Shown here: piece by piece, positions 40,591 to 52,219 of the stretch | Layout: the number at the start of each line of letters is the position of its first letter | Numbering within the stretch: position 1 is the stretch's first letter | DNA from: Octopus sinensis | Lineage: Eukaryota | Assembly: GCF_006345805.1 (NCBI RefSeq) | Contig: NC_043004.1 | Coordinates: 25,358,001 to 25,422,000 of the forward strand | Length of the DNA: 64,000 nucleotides | Direction: 5' to 3' | The notes under the pieces: generated by a model | What the model was told of the DNA's origin: nothing | Database searches by the model: none | What the model saw: the letters and a program-made list of their open reading frames with translations, nothing else | Made by a program: the position numbers and the translations under genes

Positions 40591-41021
40591 TGGCTGCTGT
40601 TTCTAGCATGGTGAGTATGAGCCAGTCGGTGAAGATTTGACTGCTGTTTCTAGCATAATGAGTGTACGCGATTTGGTGAAATTTGGCTGTTGCTTCTAGC
40701 ATAATGAGTAAGAGCGATTTCGGGGAGTGTGGCTGCTGTTTCTAGCATAATGAGTATGAGCGATTTGGTGGAGTTTGGCTGCTGTTTCTAGTATAATCAG
40801 TGTTAGTGATTTGATGGAGTTTGGCTGTTGCTTTTAACATAATGAGAAAGAGCGATTTGGTGGAGTGTGGCTGCTGTTTCTAGCATAATGGGAATGAGCG
40901 ATTTGGCAAAGATTAGTTGCTGTTTCTAGTATAATGAGTATGAGCGATTTGGTAGAGATTATCTGCTGTTTCTAGCATAATGAGAATGAGCGATTTGGTG
41001 GAGTTTGGCTGCTATTTCTAG
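40591..41021. repeat. 46-bp minisatellite, about 9 copies
   Basis: GATTTGGTGGAGTTTGGCTGCTGTTTCTAGCATAATGAGTATGAGC recurs with 46-bp period. Confidence 0.9.
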
Positions 41022-41057
41022 TACATCAAAAAAGGCTATAATTTTTTGGCGTGGCTA

Positions 41058-41290
41058 TAGGCGCAGGCGTAGCTGTGTGGTGAGAAGCTAGTTTCCTAAC
41101 CACAAGGTTCCGCATTCAGTCCCACTGTGTAGCACATTCGATCCCAGGACTTATTCCTTGTAAGCCTAGTACTTATTCCATCGGTCGCTTTTTGCCAAGA
41201 TGCTCAGCTTCGTCGACATAAACACACCGACATCGGTTGTCAAGCGAATGTAGGGAGTGGGGGACTAGCACACTCACACACACTCACACA
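41058..41290. mobile_element. Rearranged SINE family A (head plus, 3' domain minus)
   Basis: GGCGCAGGCGTAGCTGTGTGG head joined to GATCCCAGGACTTATT reverse-tail sequence. Confidence 0.65.
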
Positions 41291-41399
41291 TACACATGAA
41301 GATTTCCATATAAGAGATTTGACTGCTGTTTCTAGCATATCCAGATTTCACTGCATTTTTTAGCAGTCCACTCTCCTAGAAATCGTCCTACATGCTCTG

Positions 41400-42351
41400 C
41401 TAGAAACAGCAGTTGAAACCCCTAAGAAATCGTTCTACTCTCTCTGCTAGAAACAGCAGTCAAATTCTTTGGATCTGCTAGAAATAGCTATCAAATTCCT
41501 TTGATAAGCTACAAATAGCAGTCAAATTCCCTAGGATTTACTAGAAATAGCAGTCAAATCTGGATCTGCTAGAAATAGCAGTCAAATCTTTTGAATCTGC
41601 TAGAACAAACAGTCAAGTCTGGATCCGCTAGAAATAGCAGTCAAATCTGTTGGGTCTGCTATAAATAGCAGTCAAATTTGGATCTGCTAGAAACAAAAGT
41701 GAAATCCCTTGGATCTGCTAGAAATAGCAGTTAAATCTCTTGGGAGTGCTAGAAATAGCAGTCAAATCTTTTAGGTCGGCTAGAAATAGTAGTCATATCT
41801 CATGGATCGGCTAGAAATAACAGTCAAATTCCTTGGATATGCTAGAAATAGCAGTCAATTTTGGATCTGCTAGAAACAGCAAAGTCTTTGGGTCTGCTAG
41901 AAATACCAGTCAAATTTCTTGGATATGCTACAAATAGCAGTGAAATCTCTTGAATTTGCTAGAATGAACAGTCAAGTCTGGATCCGCTAGGAACAGCAGT
42001 CAAATCTCTTGGGTCTGCTAGAAATAGCATTTAGATCTCTTTGGTGTGCTAGAAATAGCAGTCAAATCTCATGGATCTGCTAGAAATAGCAATGAAATCT
42101 CATGGATCTGTTAAACAAACAGTCAAATTTGGATCTGCTAGAAGCAGAGTCAAATCCCTTTGGTCTGCTAGAAAAAATCTCTTCTATCTGCTAGAAATAG
42201 CTGTCAAATCTCGTATATCTGCGAGAAATACCAATCAAACTTGGTCTACTAGAAACAGCAGTCAGATTTCTTGGGTGTGCTAGAAATAGCAATCAAATCT
42301 CTTGCATCTGTTAGAACGAGCAGTTGAATCTGGATCTGCTAGAAATAGCAG
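41400..42351. repeat. 28-31-bp minisatellite, about 30 copies
   Basis: Unit CTAGAAATAGCAGTCAAATCTCTTGGATCTG. Confidence 0.95.
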
Positions 42352-42962
42352 TTCCAAGAGATTTGACTACCAGCGCACCGAACGCCCATATGAGATCTTT
42401 TCTGAGGGTCTCGTTGCAGCATTTGAGAAACTGAAACACTACGCCGTTACACCCCTCTCCAGTGGTTTGTTTCTAGTCTGAAGGTCTCAACTCAAAGTAA
42501 GCCCACTCCTTGCTAGATCCAGCTGCGGAGATGACGGGGCAGTGGACCTTCTCGGATGAGACTTTTCACTGGAACTGCCTGTTGCCAGGCATTCCGATGG
42601 GCAGTGATGTCTACAAATCAAGGCAAAAAGTGATCAACAAATAAAATTGTAACTGCTAGTGGAAGGAGAATTCTCGAATTCGCAAACATTACGGTACTGA
42701 ATGCACTGACAGACAGTAGACACAGTTCTGTTTCCTATTTCTTTAATCACCATTTCTTTACTTCTTAATCTAACAAACGAGATCGAAAAATACTTTTGAG
42801 TCACACATAAATAACAGGAGATATCAGAAATATCCTTATGCGACAACGGATATTATCATGTAACCACTAGTCCTTTTCATGATGTAGACGTAATATCTTT
42901 AAGAATATGTGTAACATGAAATCACTATATCCTGTGGTTAACAGGAGAATAGCTACATGTTA

Positions 42963-44478
42963 CAGTGGCTTGCAAAAATCTACACCCTCCTTTGAAAATT
43001 TATATATTTTGTATATTTTAACAGGGAACAACACATTTTTTCAGTTTCAATGATTGTTAAATAACAAGCAGATCCATCACACTTTCCTTTGAAATAAAAA
43101 TTACATTTTTTAAATTTCACACTGATTCTTAAAATCATATAACTTAGAAAAATGTCTTTGCAAAAGTCTACAGTCCCCAAGATATTATACCATGTTATCA
43201 GGTAGTTTGTCATTGATGTATACAATCCAAAACAATCAAAAGCGACATGTGCTTTCTACCATAACAAACTTGGCCAGTCTATTATTTTGCTATATAAAGT
43301 GATTTAACTGCCTACAAAATCATTCACCATATGGTTTTTTGGTATGTTGGTCTTTGGACTCTGACTGTAAACACAAGTTGTCCAACTTGGGACAGAAAAT
43401 GGGCAAGCCTCTGTCTCAGGAACATAAAAACCTTATTTTTTCAAAACTACAAAGAAAATAATGGCTATAAAAGATTGCAAAAACTTTAGAATTGCCCCTA
43501 AGCACTGTTAAAACTGTAATTAAGAAGTGGTTATTGCACAAAACCACTGCTACCCTACCAAGATCTGGGAGACCGAGCAAACTTACCGCAAGAGCAAAGT
43601 CAAAAATGGTCAAGGAGGAAACCTCCAACCCTAGTGCAACACTGGAAGACTTGAAAGCTTCAGTTCCCAGTACTAGGACAGATGTCCATGCTTCTACAAT
43701 TTCCAATGTATTGCACCAGTCTGGCCTGCAAGGGAGGGTAGCTAGAATAAAGCCCCTTCTGAAGCCTATACACAAGCAAGCTTGGCTAAACTTTGCCAAA
43801 AGTCACATTCACGATTCCATGACCATGTGGCAAAAGATTTTGTGGTCAGATGAGACCAAAGTCGAGTTATTTGGAAGAAAAAAAAATGCTACGTTAGGCG
43901 GAAAAAAGGCACTGCTCACCAACCTCGTTACATCGTCCCCACTGTAAAGCACGGCGGTGGCTCGCTCATGCTTTGGGGCTATTTTTCAGCTGCAGGGCCT
44001 GGAGAGTTGGTAACCATCCAAGGTAACATGGACAGTATCAAGTACCAAGAAATATTGGAGGCAAATCTGCTGAAGTCTGCTAGAGCTCTGCACTTAGGTC
44101 GCAATTTCAAGTTTCAACAAGATAACGACCCCAAGCATGTGTCAAAAAGCACTAAAGCTTGGTTTGCTAGCAAGAAAATCACAGTTTTGGAGTGGCCCAG
44201 CAAGGCTCCAGACCTCAACCCTATAGAAAATCTATGGCGAGATCTAAAGCTGACTGGGCACCGACATCCCCATCCAATCTGACACAGCTCGAGAAGTTCT
44301 GCCATGAAGAATGATGAAAACTGTAAGCAGACCACAGCAGCAAGCTCCTGGAAGGCTACCCAAGCATTCACAGTATTAGCTGAAGATATTCCAAAAGGGG
44401 TGTAGACTTTTTAAAAAACATTTTTCAAAGTTATCTTTGTTTAAGAATCTGTTTTAAATGTTTCAAATGTATTTTGTG
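42963..44478 (+). mobile_element. Tc1-family DNA transposon with IR/DR-type ends; right IR truncated
   Basis: TA|CAGTGGCTTGCAAAAATCTACA; inner repeat TTGCAAAAGTCTACA at 43158; inverted counterpart TGTAGACTTTT at 44401 with continuing homology. Confidence 0.9.
43399..44390 (+). pseudogene. Tc1 DD34E transposase, frameshifted
   Basis: GYKKIAK-type HTH, RSGRP, WSDETK, QQDNDPKH, PDLNPIE with 34 residues between D and E. Confidence 0.95.
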
Positions 44479-45499
44479 TATTAACCCCAATCCTAGGTTG
44501 GCGTTGGGCTTTGGGTTTAGGGTTAGTGTTTAGAGTTAGGATTTAGGAGTTGGTGTTAGAATTTATACATTAGAGCTGTGGGTGACCGAGTGTTTTTGTT
44601 ATGCACGCAAGCACCTTGGAAGTACTACCATCCTCTGAGTGCAAAATATGGATTTTTCATGTTGTCGTTATTCAGGTGAAGGTTAAGGGTGGAGGTTGGA
44701 AAGTACTACAGAGATGGATAGTGGGTGTTGGCCGCCTTTGTTTTGTTTCGCTACTGCAACTCCACCTTCGTTATCGCTCTAAGCCCTGACTCTGAACATG
44801 CATACACAAACACGTACAGAGAAAGATATAACACACATACACGTACGCCCACATACGCTTTTGTACCTACTAGAGAAAGAATTGTAGTACAAGGGAAACA
44901 ACTTATACATAAATGCATCCCAGTACTCACCTTTGCAAATTCAAAATATGAATCAACAAGTCATCAAACTAATCATTATCATGCGAAATGAAGTTGATGT
45001 TTTTATTTATAATATAAACAAATTAATTATTGCAATGAAAATCAGAAATACAATTAACATGTATGTGTATCATCATCATTTAACATTCGTTTTTCATGCT
45101 GTCATGGGTTGCACTATTTCACATGATCTGAGATGATTTACTACACTTACCTCTAATGTCTGTTTTCACATGGTGTCTATGTCTGGGAACAGTTTTGGTA
45201 ATACTGACACTAGTAAAATTACAAAGTAAATTTCAAGGCAGAGTAGATTGCTAGTAGTAAGAGAAGTGGCTTCATCCTAAGCTGAAGTATGATAGAGAGA
45301 CAGGCAGGGGTGTGTTGCTGTGGAGAAAGCTCATGGCTACCCTGCATATATGTATGTATATAGGTAGACATCGATCTGTTGAAATATTGGACTTTATTTT
45401 CAAGTTAAAAAAATAGAGCGCTTTCTCATTGCTAATATGTTAACATATGCATGATGTGTGCTTTAAAAATACAGTGATTGCACTGGCACTAATTTCTTC

Positions 45500-45690
45500 A
45501 GATGATGAAAATCACGGAGAGGATCATAGCCCAACTAATTAGGAAAAGACTTAATCTAGATGAGATGCAATTTGGTTTTGTATCAGGAAGAAACATAGTC
45601 ATGCTATATTTCTGGTAAGAAACCCGCAGGAGAAGTACCTAACCAAGTATAAGCCTCTGTACTTGACTTTTGTTGATATCATATTCATTC
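45500..45690 (+). pseudogene. RTE-type RT fragment
   Basis: ERIIAQLIRK..LDEMQFGF, K.LYLTFVD. Confidence 0.65.
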
Positions 45691-45859
45691 AGGCAATAAC
45701 AGAGAAATTTAAAACAGGCAGACCCTAGGAACACCTCTAGGCTGATTACAGGATTACAACTAAGCACACATATATTATCATTTATTACATTACATTCAAT
45801 TCGCCATATATTATTCATTTTATTATCCATCATCTTTTCCTTCACATTTCAGGTATACT

Positions 45860-46478
45860 GAATACCCTTTTGTCATTGCTTCAAACTGCGTAAAGTATTG
45901 GTGAAAGGAAACAGTTGTCAGACTTATTTATGACAAAAAGCAAGTCAACATGACCAATGTACCCTATCCTACACCCACGAGTTGGCCTGTAAACACTCCA
46001 GGAAGGGTATTGACAAGCCTCATCGATCATCTGCAACAATGACACATAATGTATGCACCTGCCACCTAGAACAAATACAAACCCCTCCTCCAACTACACT
46101 ACCATTCCCAGCCACTGAGGAAAAACGTGTTTGCCTGAAGAAGTGGCTGCTACAATACTGAAGCGTATTCAATGTCTGCGAACATTAGCAAACCCCACTA
46201 AGATGTCTGGCCCACCAATTCGCTTAATGGAGAATCCAAATGCTAAACCAGTCACCCACCATATGCTCATACCAGTCCTGGTTCTTTGGCAAGAGGAAGT
46301 GAAAGCAGGTATCGACTGGAACATTCCATTTGGAGTTATCAAGCCTATCCCCATTGGTACGTCAGTCAGTTGGTGACAGACACTGGTGATATGTCCTAAC
46401 AGGTCTGGAAAACCATCGTGGTACATCTGTCAGTTGGTGACAGACACTGGTGATCAGTCCTAACAGGTCTGGCAAACC
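45860..46478 (+). pseudogene. Gypsy pol fragment (pre-RT and RT start)
   Basis: LPFPATEE, FNVCEH, GPPIRL, WQEEVKAGID, GVI.P.PIGT.V.W. Confidence 0.8.
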
Positions 46479-47956
46479 GAACCCAAACCCGAACCCAAAA
46501 CCGAAGCCGAAGTCGAAACCGAACCTGAACCAAAGCTGAAGCCGAATGCGAAACTGAAGCCGAAGCCGAACCTGAAGCCGAAGCCGAACCCGAACCCGTA
46601 CTCGAAGCCGAGCACGAACCCGAACCCGAATCCGAACCCGAAGAAGCCGAAGCCAAAGCCGAAGCTGAACTCAAAGCCGAAGCCGAGGCCAAAGCCGAAC
46701 CCGAACCCGAACCCGAACCGAAAGCCTAAGCTGAACCCGAAGCTGAAGCCGAAGCCGAATCCAAACCCAAATCCGAACCCGAACCCACACCCGAACCCGA
46801 ACCCGAACTCGAGCCCGAACCCGAACCCAAACCTGAAGAAACCGAAGCCGAAGCCCGAAGCTGAACCCGAAGCCGAAGCCGAAGCCGAAGCCAAGGCCGA
46901 ACCCGAACCCGAGCCCGAACCCGAAGAAGCCGAAGCCAAAGCCGAAGCCCGAAGCTGAACCCGAAGCCGAAGCCGAGGCCGAAGCCGAAGCCGAACCCGA
47001 ACCCAAACCAGAACCCGAACCAGAACCTGAACCCAAACACGAACCCAAAGCCAAAGCCGAAGAATCTGAAGCCGAACCCGAACCCGAACCCACCGAACCC
47101 GAATCCGAAGCTGAACCCGAACCCGAACTCGCCGAAGCCGAACCCGAACCCAAACCCGAACCTGAACCCGATCCCGAACCCGAAGAATCTGAAGCCGAAC
47201 CCGAACCCAAACCCGAAGAAGCCGAAGCCGAAGAAGCCGAAGAAGCCGAAGCTGAGAAGCCGAAGCTGAGGCCGAAGAAGCCGAAGCCAAAGCCAAAGAA
47301 GCCAAAGCCGAACCCGAACCCGAACCCGAACCCAAACCCGAAGCAAACCCGAACCTGAACCCGAACCCGAACCTGTACTCTAAGCCGAACCCGAGCGCGA
47401 ACCCGAACCTGAAGAAGCCGAAGAAGCCGAAGCCGAATCCGAAGAAGCCAAAGCCGAAGAAGCCGAAGCCAAAGCCAAACCCGAAGCCGAAGCTGAACCC
47501 GAAGCTAAAGCCGAGGCCGAACCCGAACCTGGACCTGAAGAACCCGAACCCGAACCCGAACCGAACCCGAACCCGAAGCCGAACCCGAACCCGAACCTGT
47601 ACTCGAAGCCGAACCCGAGCCCAAACCTGAAGCCAAAGCCGAAGCCGAACCCAAACCCGAAGAAGCCGAAGCCGAACCCAAACCCGAAGAAGCCGAAGCT
47701 GAATCCAAAGAAGCCGAAGCCCGAAGCTGAACCCGAAGTCGAAGCCGAACCCGAACCCGAAGCCGTAGCCGAACCTGAACCCGAACCCAAACTTGAACCC
47801 GAACCCGAAGCCGAAGCCGAAGCCGAACCCGATCCCGAACCCGCCGAAGCCAAACCCGAAGCCGAAGAAGCCGAAGCCTAAGCTGAACCCGAACCCGATC
47901 CCGTAGCCGAAGCCGAACCCGAATCCAAGCCCAAATCCGGACCCGAACCCGAACCG

Positions 47957-48103
47957 AAACAAGATCGATAAAATTATGTAGCAGTTCGTCAAACAAGATC
48001 GATAAAATGACGTAGCGGTTCACTAAACAAGATCGATAAAATGATGTAGCGGTTCACTAAACAAGATCGATAAAATGACGTAGCGGTTCAACAAATGAGA
48101 TCG
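47957..48103. repeat. Four 34-bp tandem repeats embedded in the hexamer array
   Basis: AAACAAGATCGATAAAATGACGTAGCGGTTCACT x4 plus a partial unit. Confidence 0.95.
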
Positions 48104-49165
48104 AACCTGAACCTGAAGCCGAAGCCGAACCGAACCCAAACCTGAACCCGAACCCGAACCCGAACCCAAACCCGAATCCGAACTCGAACCTGAACCCGAA
48201 CCCGAACCCGAACCCGAAGAAGCCGAACCCGAAGCCGAAGCTGAACCCAAAGCCGAAGCCGAAGCCGAGGCCGAAGCCGAAGCCGAAGCCGAACCCGAAC
48301 CCGCACCCGAACCCGAACCCGAACCCACACCTGAACCCGAAGCTGAAGCTTAAAAAGCTGAACCCGAACCCGAACCTGAACCGATCCCGAACCCGAAGAA
48401 TCTGAAGCCGAACCCGAACCCAAACCCGAAGAAGCCGAAGCCGAAGAAGCCGAAGAAGCCGAAGAAGCCGAAGCTGAGGCCGAAGAAGCCGAAGCCAAAG
48501 CCAAAGAAGCCAAAGCCGAACCCGAACCCGAACCCGAACCCAAACCCGAAGCAAACCCGAACCTGAACCCGAACCCGAACCTGTACTCTAAGCCGAACCC
48601 GAGCGCGAACCCGAACCTGAAGAAGCCGAAGAAGCCGAAGCCGAATCCGAAGAAGCCAAAGCCGAAGAAGCCGAAGCCAAAGCCAAACCCGAAGCCGAAG
48701 CTGAACCCGAAGCTAAAGCCGAGGCCGAACCCGAACCTGGACCTGAAGAACCCGAACCCGAACCCGAACCCGAACCTGAACCCGAAGCCGAACCCGAACC
48801 CGAACCTGTACTCGAAGCCGAACCCGAGCCCAAACCTGAAGCCAAAGCCGAAGCCGAACCCAAACCCGAAGAAGCCGAAGCCGAACCCAAACCCGAAGAA
48901 GCCGAAGCTGAATCCAAAGAAGCCGAAGCCCGAAGCTGAACCCGAAGTCGAAGCCGAACCCGAACCCGAAGCCGTAGCCGAACCTGAACCCGAACCCAAA
49001 CTTGAACCCGAACCCGAAGCCGAAGCCGAAGCCGAACCCGATCCCGAACCCGCCGAAGCCAAACCCGAAGCCGAAGAAGCCGAAGCCTAAGCTGAACCCG
49101 AACCCGATCCCGTAGCCGAAGCCGAACCCGAATCCAAGCCCAAATCCGGACCCGAACCCGAACCG

Positions 49166-49312
49166 AAACAAGATCGATAAAATTATGTAGCAGTTCGTCA
49201 AACAAGATCGATAAAATGACGTAGCGGTTCACTAAACAAGATCGATAAAATGATGTAGCGGTTCACTAAACAAGATCGATAAAATGACGTAGCGGTTCAA
49301 CAAATGAGATCG
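49166..49312. repeat. Second block of four 34-bp repeats
   Basis: Same sequence as 47957-48103, offset 1209 bp. Confidence 0.95.
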
Positions 49313-49704
49313 AACCTGAACCTGAAGCCGAAGCCGAACCCGAACCCAAACCTGAACCCGAACCCGAACCCGAACCCAAACCCGAATCCGAACTCGAACC
49401 TGAACCCGAACCCGAACCCGAACCCGAAGAAGCCGAACCCGAAGCCGAAGCTGAACCCAAAGCCGAAGCCGAAGCCGAGGCCGAAGCCGAAGCCGAAGCC
49501 GAACCCGAACCCGCACCCGAACCCGAACCCGAACCCACACCTGAACCCGAAGCTGAAGCTTAAAAAGCTGAACCCGAACCCGAACCTGAACCCGCCGAAG
49601 CCGAACCCATAGCCGAAGCCGAACCTAAACCCGAACCCGAACCCGAACCCGAATCCTAACCCATATCCGAACCGAATCCGAACCCGAATCCGAACAAAAA
49701 GCCC

Positions 49705-50625
49705 TCATCCACACCTGACATTAAGAACTTAGCTGGGGTTCTTCTCTCTATAAAGGAGAGCTTCTTTTGGAAATAAAGAGAATATTCTGCTGATCTACAA
49801 AATCCAGTTCCTGTTTCATTGCTGTGTAGCATGGTTGTTCACACACAGTCTGCCTTTCACACTGTGAAAGAGGCTCTTTGTTACCAACAGAAGTAGGAGC
49901 TCTCTGAAGTTTACCAAGCCTTATCTTCTTTCTTGCAGCTATGTTCTTGGAGTATCCACCCCCACTACTGACTTGCTCATCAAGGTAACTGAAGCTATCA
50001 ACTACTTCGAGTTTTCCTCACTGGCATTTGATGAAGTCTATTTTCTTTACATTTTTACTGTTAATTGTACCTGTGCACTATCCACACACAAAAACTAATT
50101 TCTCTATTAACCTTCTTCTGATATTGCTGCATCTCTTATGTGTTCATAGCTTACATTACAAACATCTTATGGAGTTTCTATCTATGCCTTTTCTACAGAT
50201 TGAGCAGGGCCATCTACCTGAAGGGATCTGTGATTTGTCTGCTCTCCTATTTACTAAAACTTTGGTTTTACTAGATTAACTCTAAGGCCCTTCAATTTTA
50301 GACCTTGCTTCCAAGTCTGAAATTTCTTCTCTAGTTCTGGTAGTGATTCAACTATAAGAACAATATCATCAGCATAGATGAGATCTCAGGAGCAGTTTGT
50401 CTTAAATTCCTCTGTTATTGCCAGGAGAACTATGATGAACAAAAGGGAGCTGAGGACTGATCCTTGGTAAAACCCTACTTGTACCCTAAATTCATCACTA
50501 TACTCATTGCTAACCTTCACCTTACTGCCGGCATCCTTGTACAGGGCTTGTACAGCTCTCATCAACCACTCATCTATCCCTAGCTAGGACAACAATCTCC
50601 TAAGGAGACCGAGTGAATATGAATA
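49705..50625 (-). pseudogene. RTE-type LINE RT and C-terminal relic
   Basis: QGSVLS.LLFIIVL, LIYADDIVL, GL.VNL.KTK, WPC.IC.KG, AW..FRELL. Confidence 0.85.
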
Positions 50626-50704
50626 GCATATGGGAACTGGTATTGAGGAAGGATAGGAAAATATTAGATTTATAAGCGCAAAAATTCACTCCATAATTGC
50701 CCAT

Positions 50705-50950
50705 GGGCATATGGCATAGTGGTTAAGAGCACAGGTTACTAACCCAAAGATTCCGAGTTTGATTCCAGGCAGTGATCTTAATAATAATAATAATAATAAT
50801 AATGACAACAACATTTCCTAAGACACCTGATGAAGGCTGCATCGTATATCAGCCGAAACATGTTAACAACAAATAAGATGAGGATAACTGTTCGTCAAAT
50901 GTAAATAATGTAAATAATGTACGTAATTCCTCATCTCTTAAATATAGAAC
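50705..50950 (+). mobile_element. Family E: tRNA head + (TAA)n + hammerhead-bearing tail
   Basis: A box TGGCATAGTGG, B-box-like GAGTTTGATTCC, (TAA)n, GACAC CTGATGA A GGCTG..CAGCC GAAAC, tail ending AATATAGAAC. Confidence 0.7.
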
Positions 50951-51189
50951 AGTTCTTTTCTTATCAGAATGATCAGAGTGAGTTTTCTGAGCTGCTGTAC
51001 CTTTGTAATCACCATTAGGCTCATCCAAATCTTTCTGAATCCTCAGCACTGTCCTCAGATTGACACTCAAATTGTTTTCTGAAATTACGGATGCAAAAGT
51101 TTTAAAAAATGTGCAACATGCCCAAACCTTCTAGAAGGATCAGAATTCCTTTTCAAAGAGGGACAAAAATTCAAGATCCTAAAATTCAA

Positions 51190-52219
51190 AAACCTATTGA
51201 ACAGCATCAACCCAAATATACAGTTCACAATGGGGTACAACCAAAAGAAGCTTCAATTCTTAGATATACTGATTAAGAAAATTAACCTAAAAATAGAAAC
51301 AGACATATTTTACAAAACCACAGACGTCAAACAATACCTTCTTTTTGATTCATGCCACCCAAGACACACTAAAACAAAAATCCATTTCAACCTTGCAAGA
51401 AGGATATGCACAATAGTGTCAGAACAAAATACCAGGAACTTTAGACTACAAGAACTCAAAAACACCCTAATTGACAGGCACTACCCAGTTCAACTCATAA
51501 AGGATGGGATCAGACGTGCAACAGAAATCGACATAGAAACTTTGAGAAAAGTTCAACACAACAATACACCTTCCCCGAAAATACTGCCTTACATATCCAC
51601 ATACAACCCCAGAAACAAAGAAGCCTTCACCATCATCACCCAGAATTTACCAATACTTCATAAGGACCCCAAATTAAAGGAAATTCTAAACACACATAAA
51701 ATCATTAAAAGCTACAAACAACCTAAATCACTTAAAAAGATTCTCACAAAGGCAAAATTGTTTTCTGAAATTACGGATGCAAAAGTAAAAAAATGTGGTA
51801 GACCAAACTGCGCAACATGCCCAAACCTTCTAGAAGGATCAGAATTCCTTTTCAAAGAGGGACAAAAATTCAAGATCAGAACTAATTTTACTTGTACTTC
51901 TGAAAACATAATTTATGTCATAAGATGCTCAGGCTGCCACCAAAACTACGTTGGGTCCACGGGATTATCACTCAGACGCAGATGCACTCTGCATCGACAA
52001 CAGATTGCATTCCGAGAATACAGAATGATACCCTTTAGTGAGCATACTGAGAAATGCGCAAAGCAACTACTACCACAATTTTTAATCTTTCCATTCTATC
52101 AATGTGCTATTGGAACACCAACACAAATTAGATTAAACAAAGAAACATTCTTCATTGAAAAATATAAGCCTGAACTTAACCATCCTAACATTTTTATACA
52201 GAGAAACTCATCCCATTAA
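51190..52219 (+). pseudogene. 5'-truncated Penelope-like element ORF (RT thumb plus GIY-YIG endonuclease), open for about 340 aa
   Basis: FLDILI, Y.K.T...YL.F.SCHP...K, C....C..C, NIIYVIRC..C...YVGST, R...H, E..FI....P.LN. Confidence 0.9.

Larger units (their letters stand above)
46479..49695. repeat. 3.2-kb (GAACCC/GAAGCC)n hexamer array
   Basis: Direct inspection; nearly T-free plus strand; minus strand reads (TTCGGG/TTCGGC)n. Confidence 0.95.

Noticed and set aside
46460-49612. Long ORFs (510 aa FG/RV/SA-rich, 324 aa and others) called as genes
   Set aside because: They arise from a stop-poor hexamer repeat and switch repeat phase internally; kept only as a hypothesis in findings.
50705-50778. 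Possible tRNA gene (and similar heads at 2367, 8240, 31696)
   Set aside because: A and B boxes are present but there is no clean cloverleaf or acceptor stem, and repeat bodies follow; these are SINE heads.
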